Counted from the first letter of the whole stretch, positions 10,437 to 24,200 are shown. The stretch: DNA of 62,996 nt, filler included, from 11 parts of 11 records of this genome joined end to end with filler, not necessarily neighbours in it; one strand, 5' to 3'. Numbers and translations are program-made. Notes: generated by a model not told the origin, from the sequence alone.

Positions 10437-11975
10437 TCAATGCTGGCACGCTGCTGCACGCGCTCCACGCAGCACAAAGAAGCCATAGGCCTGTGCAGGC
10501 ATGTCCAGTGTGGCGGCGCTTGTGACGGTCCTCGGCTTCAGCGCTGGAAGGCCACCCTCTGGTGTAAGTTGTACTTTGTTCCCGTTGAGCGCCACTGTCG
10601 CAGAGGCGAGACTCGCCTCCAAATTCCCTGGCGAAAGCACGTACTCGTCCCAGCCGTCAGAGAGCAGCTGACCGGTCACACTCAACTGTGCTGCCACGTC
10701 CAGCGTGTTCAGGACCAGCAGAGTGACGCTACCACTTGGGTATACGTGGCCAGCAGCGTCTGTGGCTGAGGCCGATGTGCAATGGGCCCAAGTGCGCACA
10801 ACACGACCTGGCGCGAGTGACCCCGGCACATCCAGTACTCGGACCCCCATCAGTCGCTTGTAAATCACAGAGGAGAAGTAATCTGGCGTTGGGCAGAAAC
10901 TGCCGGCATGGCACGGTTGATCCAGCAGGCTGTATGCGCCTCCACGCCACGCCTGCCGGCAAACCACCTGTACGCCCATCCTGGCTGCGACCCCAAGCTT
11001 GTCAAGCCAGGTGAATCCAGCCACGAACCGATCGGAGATATTCTCCGTCCCACCGCCATAGAACGAGCTTGTCTCGTCAACCCATAGCGGAGTGCCAGCT
11101 GCGGCGGTCAGAGCCAGCCTGTCCGACATTCTGGACAGGCCGCTGATGAAGCTGTCCAGAGTGGCTGCGCTGTGTGCTGCCTCGACCGTTGCCTTGGCAG
11201 CACTGCCATAGTAGTGATGCCACGACGCGGCGTCAACAGTGGAGGCCGTGGAATTTCCAAAGAATTGGCTCCAGAAGAGTCCACCACCGGTTGGCCCGCT
11301 GTTGGCGACCGAAGGACCTACGACGAACGGAGCTGCCTGACCACCGCCGCCACTGTAGTGCTGGGAGATGAGCCGCCGCAATGCTCTAAAGTCTTTTGTG
11401 TACTGCTGCGGCGAGATAGGGAACACGCCAGGCGGCTCTGTAACGTTGTAGGCGTAGTGTGCAAGATCGGGCTCGTTGCCCAACTCGTAAGCCGCCAGCG
11501 TGCCGTTCAGGTTACCGCGCTTCGACACGTACGCAACCAGCTCCGCCGCGCTGCCCTGCGGCGAATTCGGGTCCCAATCCCCGCTGCGGGTGCGCAGGTA
11601 AGCATTGAGGCCCAAAACAATGCTCCAGCCAACTCTACCGCTAAAGCGCGCCAGCTCCTCCAGCTCGGCGCTGCTCACGGTGGTCTGATTCACCGTTCTG
11701 GGCTCGGGCAAGCTCCCGAAACCGCGAAACACCCGGGTGGAAGCCGAGTTGCCACCGAGTCGAAGGTACGCGGGGGCGAGAGCCGCGGCCAGCGGCTCGT
11801 TCTGCCACACCGCGGTGTCGGCGAGGCCGCCGTCCATGGTGACAGAGAGGAATCGGGGCGACACAGAGCCAACCGCGGCCGTGGTGTTGACTAGAAGAGT
11901 CATACGCCGCGACGGTCCCCCGGCACTGCCCGCTGCGGCGGCGCCAAAGATCATCGCGACTGTCTGCAGCCGCAT
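10437..11975 (-). CDS. Heparanase-like glycoside hydrolase family 79, secreted, intronless
   Basis: Signal peptide; PRFLSVTMD, PAYLRLGG, acid/base YELGNEPD, nucleophile WVDETSS, F..LDKLG, PTPDYF. Confidence 0.92.
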   Translation of the reverse strand: MRLQTVAMIFGAAAAGSAGGPSRRMTLLVNTTAAVGSVSPRFLSVTMDGGLADTAVWQNEPLAAALAPAYLRLGGNSASTRVFRGFGSLPEPRTVNQTTVSSAELEELARFSGRVGWSIVLGLNAYLRTRSGDWDPNSPQGSAAELVAYVSKRGNLNGTLAAYELGNEPDLAHYAYNVTEPPGVFPISPQQYTKDFRALRRLISQHYSGGGGQAAPFVVGPSVANSGPTGGGLFWSQFFGNSTASTVDAASWHHYYGSAAKATVEAAHSAATLDSFISGLSRMSDRLALTAAAGTPLWVDETSSFYGGGTENISDRFVAGFTWLDKLGVAARMGVQVVCRQAWRGGAYSLLDQPCHAGSFCPTPDYFSSVIYKRLMGVRVLDVPGSLAPGRVVRTWAHCTSASATDAAGHVYPSGSVTLLVLNTLDVAAQLSVTGQLLSDGWDEYVLSPGNLEASLASATVALNGNKVQLTPEGGLPALKPRTVTSAATLDMPAQAYGFFVLRGARAAACQH

Positions 11976-12097
11976 CGTCCCGCGCGGAGATCGGTGGACT
12001 GCGTCCGTTGGGCTCGCTTGGGCGGCTTACTGTAAGCTTACAGTGTCGGCCCGCCTATTAGTAAGACACTTTATTGAGCTGAGCTATTATTCTACAA

Positions 12098-13138
12098 CTA
12101 TCGAGCTAGCGCTCGCACTCGCGGCCCCGGGAAGAAGCAATTAACCTCCTTGCAGTATTGGGCATAGCCGGGCCTATTCGTGATAGAGTAGTACTCAGCC
12201 GGCACCGCGCCGGTCCAGTGAACGAGACAAATATACATCGCGACCGGGCCAGCGAGCACCGCGGCTGCCATCTGCAGCTTCTCTAGCCACCCCGGCCGCT
12301 CAGAACTTGACTGCTGCCCGGAAGAGGCTTGCTGCACTGCTGGCCAGCTAGACAACGCCAGCCCAACCCACACGCCCCACTCCCCAAAGTAGTTGGGCTG
12401 CGCACACACACCGGTCAGCGCCGCCACCGGGCCCACTCACATGGCGCGAGTAGTTCCACATGCCCCAGTCACAGACCTGCTTCCTCAGCCCTTGCCGCTT
12501 CATTGCCCGCCCGAATCCCATTTTCTGCACATCAGCCGAGTGCTCCAACACAAACGAGCCGCACCAGACCGCCCACCCTAGCAGCTCTGTCCGTTGGACC
12601 GGCCCCGAGATCAGGCTGGAGGCTGCCAGTGGTACGGCCAGCGGGCCGAGGTTGGCCAGGCACTGGGTGAACGCTTCTTTCTGGATCTCAACCGTCTCAG
12701 CCAACGAGCCGGGCCGGATGTCGTTGGCGGCCCACCGCAGCCGCTGGAACTTGTACCGCTGCATCTCAGTCTTCAGGTGCCCGCCCGCCCACATTGTCCA
12801 TGCACCCAACGCCATTCGGCCGCCCTGGAAAATATACTGCACAGCGACGAGCACCGCCCGCCAGCCGGGCGCGCCCCCGCGTACTAGCTGCGAGAGAGCC
12901 CGGGCCAGCCCGACGAGGCCCATGGCGAACAGCCCGGTCGGCCAGGCCAGGTCGACGTAGCTGAGCCGCCCAGTGAGCAGCGCCGGCAGCTGCACAAGAG
13001 GCACAAACACGGCGAGCTGGGTGGCCAGGTTGGTGAGCGCGAATTGACGGCACCGGAGGTACAGGAAGCCGAACACCGCGATGGCCGGGGCCGACATGAT
13101 GTTCGAGTAGAGCGTCGGCCGGAGCACGCTCATCATGG
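12098..13138 (-). CDS. DUF1295 / steroid 5-alpha-reductase family membrane protein
   Basis: VDLAWP, E..AD.QK..F, GMWNYSRH|PNYFGEW across a GT-AG intron near 12397-12439. Confidence 0.85.
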
Positions 13139-13352
13139 CGTCGCTTCCGTTATCACCAAATCTCCAAAATACGATTACGAACTCAATCAACTGCGGCGGC
13201 GGACGAGCGAAGCCGAGATGGTAGCCTCGCTCCCACGGGCGCACTGAGCCGCTCGGGGGGACAGAACTACTCGCTATCGGGAATCTACGTCGGGGCGCAC
13301 CGGACCAACGTCTCGCACTGCCAGGGCTGCTCGGCCGGATTCGGGGCCACCC

Positions 13353-13850
13353 GATGGCAGCACCACTGCCGGGCGTGCGGGTCGGCTCTGTGCGCCAGCT
13401 GCTTGGGCAAGGAAAAGCTGCCGCTCCGGGCGGCGGCAGACATTTTTAAGGAGGAGCGGGAGTCCTACTGGGCGCACACGGCGGCCTCCGTGGTGCCGTT
13501 CGAGTGCTCGCCCGACGCGCCCGATTCGGTATGGCCGGAGGAGCCTCAGGTGCCGACCCCGCGGCGGCGGGCCGAGCCGGGCGCAGGCGACCTGCGGGGC
13601 GTGCGTGAGTCGGATCATGCGGGGCGAGCGGCACGAGCTGGCCGCCAAGGTGATGGAACTCGAGGCGTTGCTGGCAGCCAACGGCGCCGATCTGAGGCTT
13701 CAGCTCGAGGCAACCGCCCGGCTGTGTACGGGGATGACTATTAGCCCAGGCGCGCACCTCGGAGCTGGCGGCCACCAAGAATCAGCTCGAGCTGACCAAG
13801 ATCGAACTGTTAGACACCCAGCGGTGGATGGCTGTGCCGGCGGCGGCTGA
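13353..13850 (+). CDS. Small hypothetical spliced protein
   Basis: Short exons in different frames flanked by GT..CAG; divergent from the DUF1295 gene; no homology recognised. Confidence 0.3.
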   Translation, partial: DGSTTAGRAGRLCAPAAWARKSCRSGRRQTFLRRSGSPTGRTRRPPWCRSSARPTRPIRYGRRSLRCRPRGGGPSRAQATCGACVSRIMRGERHELAAKVMELEALLAANGADLRLQLEATARLCTGMTISPGAHLGAGGHQESARADQDRTVRHPAVDGCAGGG

Positions 13851-14092
13851 GGTTCCGGGTGCAGATCGCTTGTGGCCGAACGGGCGGCAAAAGGCAAAAG
13901 CAAACTCTCCGAGTCGTCAAAGCCGATGTCCAGGATTGTCGGCCAGATTGCGTGATTTCGGTTTAAGTAGGCGTCGCGCGCTTTGTAGATAACTTATCGG
14001 GCAAACACACAGATATAAATTTTCATCTCACATTCGGATAATTATAGTTGGATTCAATGGCCATGCATAGTACATGTAAGCCTTTGCATGCA

Positions 14093-15773
14093 CTAGGGCT
14101 CGAGCTTTTGCTTTTGCGTCACGAGTAGTTTTTGCAGCGCCGAAACATCAACGTCATGCACACTGGTGCCTGCCAATAGCGCCATGGCGGCTGCCGAGCC
14201 TGCTGCGTGCGCTTGGACCGCCCAAGACGGCTCCATCCGCACCGCATTGTACCGGACATGCGAGCTGGAGCAGGCCACAGGCACCAGCACGTTGGTGAGC
14301 TCTTCCGAGCGAGGAAGCAGCACATCGTAGGGCACTTTGTAGGCTGGCTGGGCAACTCCAGGCACCTTACTCCCGTCATGGCCGTTGTTTACTCGGCCCT
14401 CGGCGGAGACAACGGCCTTGCCCCCTACAGTACTCGCATACAGAGAGCACCAGTGGCAGTCGAACGTATACGCCCCGAGCCCCACCCCGCGGGCCAGCAG
14501 TCTCGCCGGGGGCTCATGCTCTGTCCAGATAAACTCTCCTTGCAGCCGCTTTGCCTCCCTCACGTACAGCTGGTAAGGCCAGTGAGCCGGATCCTCAGCA
14601 AAGCTCTGCGGCGCGCCGTACTCGTCTGAGCAGTGCCCTATCGAATTCATCTCCGCATGCAGTTCGCTCCCCACTGCCGGATCAGTGGCCCAGAACCAGA
14701 GCAGCCCACTAATATAGTCAATATGCGCCCGCCTGATCGCCCGCCGCTCACTGGCAGAGCCGTTTGGGTAGCCCCAGGCTCCATTCAGCAAATCAGTTCC
14801 GTGCTGCATTCCGAGCATGTCGCACTTGACGCACGCCCGCGCCCCACAGTCTGCATAGCTGTTGGGCACAGGCCCAAGACAGCCTAATCCGGCCTCGGCC
14901 AGAGTCGTCGGCGGCTTGCTCCGGTAGAGCCTCCGCCAGAACTCCCAATCCGACCCATTATAGTTCTTAGGCTTCCATATTGGGATTCTATGCCCGGGAG
15001 AATCTGTCATGCAAAGCCGGAAGGTATACGCCTCCACTCGACTGTCGCCGGCGCCCACTGCTGCCAGTTGCTGGTCTGACACATAGGAGATCAGAGAGCC
15101 GTCCGACCAATATGGATTCACGTCATACGTGATCGAGGCCGGCTGCCGGCCGGCTCCGGTCTCGTTGTACTGCTCGGCGGGCTCGCGGCCCCAAGTCATC
15201 GAAGCCCCGGCGATTGCAGCCAGGTCGCCCTCGTATGAGGCGTCCACCCACACCTGGCCGGTAATCTGGTCGCCGCTCTCGCTCATCACACTCTGCAGCA
15301 CCGTCCCGCGCTTACGGGCCGCAGCCAACCCGCCCACCCCCGCAGCACAGTCACGTTCGCCTCGCGCAACATGCTCTCCAGCACCGCCTCGGCGGTGTGT
15401 GCCTCGTAGAGCCACCCGGGCGGCCCCCCAGGCCGGAGCGGCGAGCGCTGCGTCGCAGCCACCAGCCGCTCCAGCGGGCTGACGGGCGGGGTCGCGAGCT
15501 GGGCAGGTCGACCACCGGCGCGCAGGAAAAACTCGAGGGTGATCCCGCCGACGGCGCTCTCATTGCCCGGGTCGGCGTGCTGGAGGCCGCCCGTGGTCAT
15601 CCCGCCGAGGTGCAGGCTCGGCTCGATCAGGACCACCCGGCGGGCACCGGAACGACTGGCCGCCACCGCTGCCACGCACCCCGGCAGCGTGCCTCCGTAT
15701 ATTACCACCTCAGATGATGCAGCGGCCAGGGCCACCAGCCCGAGAGCGACCCGCACAAGTACCCGCATCGTCA
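14093..15773 (-). CDS. Secreted FAD-dependent oxidoreductase (FAD_oxidored-like family), apparent 1-nt frameshift at 15337-15341
   Basis: VVIYGGTLPGCVAAVAA..IEPS.HLGGMTTGGL, DASYEGDL, LYVREAKR, NVLVPVACSSSHV..VRMEP; the two halves join if one G is added to a G5 run. Confidence 0.8.
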
Positions 15774-15895
15774 TACTCGGGCTTCCCGACCGCCCGAGCA
15801 CGCCCATCCCGACCGGTCTTGGGCGCGACCGCGGTCCGATAGGCGCAGAGCCGAGTTCGGGCCGGGTGGGCGTCGCTGTCCGTTACTCCAGCCCG

Positions 15896-17342
15896 ATGGC
15901 CGGCTGGGGGCGCGAGTGGGCAGCGCTGGCCGTCTGGCTGGGGGCAGCCGCGGTCCGGTGGTGCCGGACGGCGGGCGAGCGGGGGACCCGCACGATCGGG
16001 CAGCGCTCCGGGATCCTGGGCGGATCGTTCATGGCCCGGGCCGAGCGGACGCTCCCCGGAGTGAATGGGATAGGCCAGTTCGACCCCGCGCTGTACGGTG
16101 CGCCCAACCGGACCACGCTGGAGGTGCAGGCGACCGCCGGTGGGCCTGATGGTACCGAGCATGCCTGCTGACCCTGCGGGGGCAGCCGCAGTGGTCGAAT
16201 TGGCTGGGATCGGGCCGGAGGATGTCGTGTTCGATTTGGGCTGCGGAACGGGCGAGCTGCTGGTGTCCATCTGTCAGGCCGCCGGGTGCCGGGGCGTGGG
16301 GGTCGAGCTGGACGCCGCCCTGTGCGCCGAAGCCCGGGCCCGCGTGGCCGAGTGCGGCGGGCGGGTGTGCCTGGAGCAGAAAGATTTAATGCGCTGCGAG
16401 CTGTCCCGAGCCACTGTGATTTACGTCTACCTACTGCCGGCCATGCACAAGCAACTGTCTGGACGGCTGGACCAGGCGGCACGGCGCGGGGCGCGGGTGG
16501 TTGCCAACGTGTTCAAGTGCTATCCACCGCTCCCACTCTTCCCACGCAAGGCCAGAGTGCCGGGGGTCCCGCGGCCGTATGGCGAGCTCCTGCTTTACCA
16601 ACGGCCGCGACGGTTCCCGGAGGCGCTGCGGCCCGACCGTGTGACCATCTTAGCTTACGGGGGGCTGCTGTCGGAAGCTTCCTCCCGGCTGACCTTCCCA
16701 GGTGTCCTGTAGATCTAGAAGCATATTGAGTGTACCAGCGGATCAGGCTCATGATTGTTGTGTGTGCCAGGACTCGCAAACTTTAGGCTGGTCAGGCTAG
16801 ACGGCTGGCGCCGGCTGTTCGGGACCACTCACCTCCTGCTCGCCGGCCACGCTGACCCAAGCCAGCCTCTCCACCTGGCTGCGCTTTCTGTCGAGCCGGC
16901 TGCCGGCTGCTCGTTTGTAGCGGGAGCGTTCGAGGTGGAGCTCAACGACCGGCAGCGGCAGGCGTTTGTCGAGCGCGAGGTTGGGTATGACATCTGCACG
17001 GCCGGGTACCGAGAGCTAGAGGGAGCCGGCGTGGGGTCTGGGGTGATTTGTGCTGCGAGCTGCGACAACAAGCTGCCTGCGGGGCTGGCTGTGCCGGTGG
17101 GCGCGGCGCATGTCTGGGACTGGCCGGAAGACTCCGGGCTACGGCCGGTCGACTGCTACCTGCGGCACTGCCTGCTGGCGATCGAGAAGATCGGTGGAGA
17201 GGCCGAGCGGTCGTTCTTAGAAGAGACGCTGCTCGTAGACAGGTGGACGACTCTGATCGAGTACCTGGCCGAGGATGGCGTGCGCGAGAGGGTGATGGCG
17301 GCCCGGCCGCCGGCTGAGGTGGCCGCACGGTTTAGTGGATGA
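15896..17342 (+). CDS. Class I SAM methyltransferase fused to gamma-glutamylcyclotransferase-like domain
   Basis: VVFDLGCGTG, GVGVELD, ATVIYVYLLP; then ILAYGGLLS..FP|GLANFR..GWRRLF..EREVGY; two GT-AG introns. Confidence 0.7.
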
Positions 17343-18297
17343 GACGCTATATCAAGGGGTGAACATGACATTGTGAATGTTGATTAAGCTCGAGCTAACT
17401 AACGCGGCTTGTCGAGGGTAATTCATTGGAACACATTTTATTCAATAAAGTTTTAAAAATCTTACTATCGATCGCGCATCCACGGTGTTGTCTGTGTTTG
17501 CGGTCCGGGACGGGTACAATGTTGACGTGCAATCATGATGTGAACTAGCTGTAGACCCCATTTCGCAATAAGTACCGTCAAGAGCACACAGCAACAAGAC
17601 CGCGCGTGAACCGATCAGTGGCGCGTTAACCTCGCGTGAGCCGACTGCAAGGAGCCCATGCCCTCAATCAACGCTCGCTCCTCCACCGCCTGCCGCCACA
17701 GTCAGCCACACCGTGCCCCCCGGCCTACCCTATACATCTCGTCAATCCGGGACACCCCATCCGCCTGGCAGAGTATCCGGACAGCCTCCACCGCCTCGTC
17801 CGCGTGCTCCCACCCGGGCCGGGCCCTCGGGTAGCACACGTCGATCCTCCCAACGGACTTGGTGTGAGGCGGTCGGCTGTCCGCTTTTCACGGCCAGCTG
17901 CCCAGCCGGCATACCGGGCGCAGTCGTGCAGCCAGTCTCGCTGCGCGTCCCGGCTGTCCCTCAGACGCGCCGCGACTGACTTGCGACATGCCGGCCCGCC
18001 CAGCTGCCACCCGGAATGAAGCCCAGGCAGGCCCGGCCGCTGCCTTGTGCATCCCGATCGTGAGAGGCGAGTGTCGGTCGCCCTGCCGCTCCTCCAGGCA
18101 GGCCTGCCCCGGCTTCCGCCCCCTGGAGCCGGCCTGGCACCATCAGACGGCCCAGCTCCTCCAGAGCACTTGGCGGTCCTCCGGCTGTACAGCGGCTNNN
18201 NNNNNNNNNNNNNNNNNNNNNNNNNNNNNNNNNNNNNNNNNTTAATTAATTAANNNNNNNNNNNNNNNNNNNNNNNNNNNNNNNNNNNNNNNNNNNN

Positions 18298-21200
18298 GAG
18301 GTATTTGCCCGACTCGGCTTCCAGGTTATGCACCCGTCCTTCTTGCAGGTTCCACTTGGAAGATAATCCGACCAGCCTCACGGCCTGGCCAGGGTCCAGT
18401 GCTGCTTGAGTGGCCGGATCTGCTTCAATGGCCGGATCTGCTTCAGTGGCCGGATCCCCCATTCCCATGCCCATATTCTCTGGCTCCTGCGGCGTGTTGC
18501 GTGACATTACGCAGGAGTAAGCGTGCATCACTGGCGGTTGCTTCTTAACGACAGCTTCCGCTGCTTGCTGGAGGGCAAGGTCCAAGCCCGTATGGTCGAT
18601 AGGTACACCTGTTTTGATGGCATTTGCTAGAATCACACTTGGGGTGCCACAGACTGGACAGCTGAGGCTCTCGGGAGGTATTACTGTCCGCTCCGAGCAG
18701 CGCATACACATCTCAGGAGCACCGTGAATTAATGACAAAGCTGTAAGCGGGGCCCAATGTGGATAGCCCAACGTGTACCACCAGACTAGCACCTGTGGAA
18801 AGCCCGAGCTAACTGCGAGCACGACCCCAGAGCTTCCAGAGGGCACCAGCCCGAAGCTGGCACCTGGGGCCATGCGGATAGGCATCCCTGGCTTGAGCAC
18901 ACCCAGCAAGTATCTGCACGCCAGCCAGTCAGGAATTCACCAATGCGGCCTCACTCTTTGAAGCTTTCTTCGTCCCCAAAGTGTGTCAGTTGAGATGGCA
19001 GCAGGGACAAGCCAGGCAACTGCATGACCCCGAACCATTCCAGTGAACAGAACGTGGCTTGAGCGAGTTTCTGGCCAGAAAGCACGAGCTTCAGTACCGA
19101 GCATGCACCAACATCTGTGGTGATCTGCAAGCAAGCAGTCAGTGAACGCAACCAAGAATGTCAGGCAACCGGAATCACAAGCTGTGCGACTGATGAGGTG
19201 GATTCGTGATTGTACTTCCAGTTGACGTGAGCCGACTGCAGCTCGCGGGTGGGCACGTAGTAGTCTAGCAGTCCCGCATCACCATAAAGTGTGAAATCCA
19301 CATCTTCGATAGAACCTTTCTCCATTTCGGTCCAGCTCCATGGGGCGAGACCCACTGAGGCGTGCACACTCGCGCCGGGGTTCAGGCCTCTGATGCTGAT
19401 ATGGGCCTCGCGCGGGGTGAACATGACCCCGGGATGAAGCACAAACCGAAATTCTAGGGGATTCGACACGTAATCCCGGTTTGAAGCACGAACCGAAACG
19501 CCTTCCAGACAAATATTACACGACTCAGCAACATCTTCACAGAAAACACCAGCTTTCCACACTGAAGTCGGGTTGCCAGGCTCCAGAGGGTTGCTCCATT
19601 CGTTCTGTGGTTGACCTCGTCGGCCAAGAAAAGAGAACAATCCCTCGCAGTGGTTAACTCCTGCTGCTACCCCTGCTGCATCTTCGGCTGCTGCAGCAAT
19701 CGGCTCTGCTGCAGGAGGATGTAGGGGAATGCTTGATCGCTTGGCCAGCAGCTGCACAATGTAATAGATCGACGCCTCCAACCGAGCAAGACGGCGGGTG
19801 CACATATCTCGGTCTGTAACAAAGGAATCGACTTAATCTATTACAGCAGGGCGCAAGGCACCCGACTTTGCGGCGCAGTTTAATCCATCGTAGTAGGACG
19901 CACAGTAGCAGCTCTGGACAACAACAATGGCTTCCGTAAGTACCCAGAGTGTATGCTCATCAGTCAAATCTTTGAGGCATGTCTGCAGCTTTTTAAGAAG
20001 AGAGAGGGCCGCGAGCATTCGCTTGGCAGCAATCCTATGGCATGCAAGAGTTCCTCCATCTTCCTCAGACATCGTATAGGCATCTTTCCGACCCTGCTTT
20101 GCAACTTCGTTGAGGATCTCAGGGGTATGGTCACGAGCCACATTGTGGCCAGCCCAGCTGCCATTAGAACAGTGAGTACGCGCGCACAACAGAAGCTAAC
20201 TCACGGGCGTAGACAGTCCCAACAGAATTGTCCTCCACAGCCTCCTGGGGGTTTACAGACCATGTGAGGACATCCTGCACAAAAGTGTCTCAGCATTCAG
20301 CAAAGGAGCTTAGCAGACCGGTAAATCTGTGAGTCAGTCTCTGGCAAAATGGACACCTTTTGCAACTGTCTGCCAGCATGCGAACAGTGGCTTCATCGGT
20401 CTCATTCTCTTGGAGCTGTACGTGTGAATCCATCTGGGCGATGGCCTTGCAGCTCGCTGGGGCATGGTGGAGATGCGTGTGGCCCTGCGCCATGCGCTTC
20501 CATGCGCATTGCCAGCACCAACGATGCCCGTTTCCACACTCTACTGTCAGCCCATTGGGCCCGGTAGGGCGCTTCTTCATCTCGGAACTTAGCTGGACGA
20601 CACACTTGCAATCAGGGAATGGGCAGAACTGATACTCCGGTGCAGCTTCTACGAATCGTTTCGCATTGAGTTCATCGTACTTTTCAAGCTTCTCAGCAGA
20701 AAGATACTGCGCCAGGATTTTCCTTGGAAGCAACTCCAGGCAGCCCTGCCCGCTGTCAATGTCAAATCCGGGACACGAGATGGAGGTCAAATCTTCCTCG
20801 CTTTGGCATTCTATTTGTCTCTGCAAGCAGTCAGTGCAGAATCTGTGTCGTGACTGGCATGAAACCATTGCATCTGGGGCAACTTCGACACAACATATCA
20901 GACACTCGTTCTCCCCAGAGTTGGATACATCAGGCTCGGCCGAGTCGGTCAGAAAGAGGTTGCCGGTCACAAACGGTGAAGTTACCCGTTTGAGTAACCC
21001 ATCAGGCCGTTGAAGGACAGTCTTAGCATGCTCTGGATCCGCTTGGCATGCTCGAAAGACCGCGTCCTTATCAAACCTGTGGTGACGGAGTAGTGCAAGG
21101 GCGTCATGTCGGTGTATTTTCAGATGATCGGCCACCTGTTGCGCCATCCCTTGTTGCACGGTCCCTGCTTCTGTGATGTCGAGCTGTCGCTCACCAACAG

Positions 21201-24200
21201 CAAGACGCTCAAGAGCCCTCGAGGGTATGTATGAAGTCGCGCGCTTAAGTGCAGAGGGCTCTGTCTTGGCTTTCATACAAAGCCATTTGCAGTCACTCCA
21301 GGCAATCGCAAAAAGAAGAACGCCCAGTAGAGATAAGGTCCCAAATTGTAGGGCTCTTGTCGCATATTCAGAGTCTGAGCTTTGCTCGGCCACAATTGCG
21401 CAGCTGCAGGCCCACAGTCCGATTGCAGTTGTGATGGCTCTTGTATACTCGAATGGATGCAACTGCCATGCGAAGATGATAAGAGACAGCAGAGCAATGA
21501 TGGCCGAGACGAGGAAAAAGAGAGGGGAAGCGTGATGTGTTGAGACAATTGCTAATGTCACAACAAGGAATAGCTTTATGTTTGCCAGTCCAGTCAGCAA
21601 CAACGGCTGCTGACGTCTTGAGGATGCATGCTCTGCCAACCAGTGCACAGCGGGGTAGATGCAAACGCACACGAGATGATAAACTGTCACCACAAAGAAG
21701 CCAACAGTAGCCAGGCCCTTCTGCTGTGCCGAGAGACACGTTTCAGAGCTGTCTCCAGACATAGTAGTGCCTGACGCTGTTGATGAGCAAGACCAAGTCA
21801 ATGAGATGGTATAAACCACTGGCAGGTAGCATGTGTAGCAGCCAAGATGCATAACTAGGACCACAAAATCACGTGCCAATCCAGTGCCAGGAAACACCAT
21901 TTTGTGATGCAGATATGGCGTCACGAGTGCGCAGCATATAAGTACAATGAGAACTATGGCACAGCAAAGTCCAAAGAGGAGCTGAAAGTTTTCATCCGAC
22001 CAGTTGTGAGGAAACTTGAACAGAAATATCTCGAAAAAACTCTGATGAAGATCATGTCCATCGTCCCAACCGGACACGCTGACAACTGCGAGGGCAATGA
22101 ACTGAATCGCGTCAACAAGCATGAGGACAAATCCCAAGAAGGAGAATAAACAATTCACATTTCCTGCATTGGCCCGAGCAGCTGGCTGCTCGTGCAACAC
22201 TCGATCAAGAAAGTCTTCGAACATAAGATAGCCACTCTTGTACCATACGCCTGCCGTGAGTGTCTGCTCAACCTCATCAGTGGTGAGGCAGCTGTATCCC
22301 ACAAGTCTTCTCGTCAAGACATGAAGTTCTCGGGCGCATATGACTGCACTCACATTATCGTCACCAGTGGCCCTTCTTTCTGTCTGTGCAACATCTATGA
22401 AAAACTGGAACAGCGTCTGCCTAGGACTCCACGAAGTGGCGGCCTTCAGTGCAAGAACTCGCCATATGTTGCCTGTTCCGAGGCCAAATGCATGACATGT
22501 GTTGTTGAATGTCTCAGCAAGAGACCTTCGACAATCTATCACGTCCTGTCCCTCCTCTATGGTACTGGAATCAGCAACTACTGGGGCAGTGCCACAGAGT
22601 CCACCGTGGTCGGCCATCCATTGATGGGTAAGCTTAAACCTTGTACCGTAGCTTTCATGCTGCGTTAATATGCAGTTGGCATTCAAGTAAGCCCCAATGC
22701 TCTCGACATCCGCAAGTTCCTCACCATCAGATACTGAGCGCTCCATGAGACAAGGTCCCCTCACGATGTGGCTTAGGGTGAGGTAATCGGCAGAAACAGC
22801 ACACGTATTCTTAAAGGCCAACTGCAATTCCTCCACCAATAAAGCGTGACACTCGCCGTCTGAAAAGGCCTGGTTAAGATATAAGATGGACCACTCTCCA
22901 CATAGATCGACTATGTTGTCGGGTCGATTGGGCAGAATTGCCTTCAACATTGCTTGAATCTGTAGCCCAAGCAGCAATGCAGTAGCGATCGTAAAGTAAA
23001 GCACCAAATCGCAACCAAGCATCCAGTTCGTGAAGTAGTCACTATCAGCAAGGCACTGGTACGGAATAAGTACTGCAACTGGGAAGAGAAGAAATATGCC
23101 CACATGGTGCAGAAAGCAGAATGGCGAAGAGATAATGAAAGCATACCCAGGCATGTCGAGATCAGGCTGGTGCCGTGCCGTCAGCACGAAAAGTGCCATC
23201 AGCACAAACACCACCATGATTCCGGCCATTCCGCTTATTGTGGCCAGCAGAGCTCCTTTCAGCGGTGCCGAAATGTCCGCTGCCAGCGCCACAGGCAGAA
23301 GAATCACGAGTGGCACAGCAACACAGCACACGACCTGAGCTATCCACAACATCAATCTGCTCGACTCACGTTCTCTCTCGCCCTGGAATTCAATACCGTC
23401 GTTCCACATGACTATTGCTCCTGTGAGCAGATGGCACAGTAGTGCAGCCGGGAGCACGCCAACTGCAAGCACGCCAAATGCACCGACGGTCTCGCTGTTC
23501 TGATCGGCTCCATGTAGGCCAAACCCGAACATAACCTGGGCAGCGACAATGAGACACAGGCATACGAGCCCTGCGATGGCCCGGTATCGATCTCGCCCAA
23601 CAAACATGCTGTCCTCGAGAGGAGAGCGTAGAAGTTTGAGAGCAAGCCACAGCAGCAGCAGCAGCCCGGAAGGATTTGCACACAGGATGATGCACCGTGT
23701 TGTCCAGCTCTCGTCCAACGCCAAAAACATGGGCAATTGCAGCGCGAGCGGCACGATGCCGCAAGAATAGATGGCAAGTGTTAGTGGATAGGTCACATCA
23801 ACGAGCCCGACCTCGGCACCCTGTATCATCCAGCTGGTTGCCGCCCCGAGCACAGGAATCACGTACGTCAGCAGAGCCAGTGTGACTACTACGAACCCGA
23901 GCCCACCCGCCTGGGAGCCTGTCATGGACACTGAAAATAGAACCGGCACTCCGATCACGGTGAAGAGGAAGGATAAGCATCCCAAACCCATCATCATGTA
24001 CACTCTGCCCTCCCCATCGGACTCACCAATTACCCCACCGCCCCAGCCCACAGCGAGGTACACGAGAAGTACGAGCGAGAGAAATATTCCAGCCATCACC
24101 ACGCCTTGGCCCAGGTTGGTCAGCCCTGAGCCCCAGCCCACCGCAGCTGCGAACACCATCAGGAGCAGGCACGGAGACACCGCCACTGGCAGGAATGTCC

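Noticed and set aside
15337-15341. Programmed frameshift or pseudogene in the FAD oxidoreductase
   Set aside because: A single missing base in a G homopolymer with both halves intact is most simply a sequencing error
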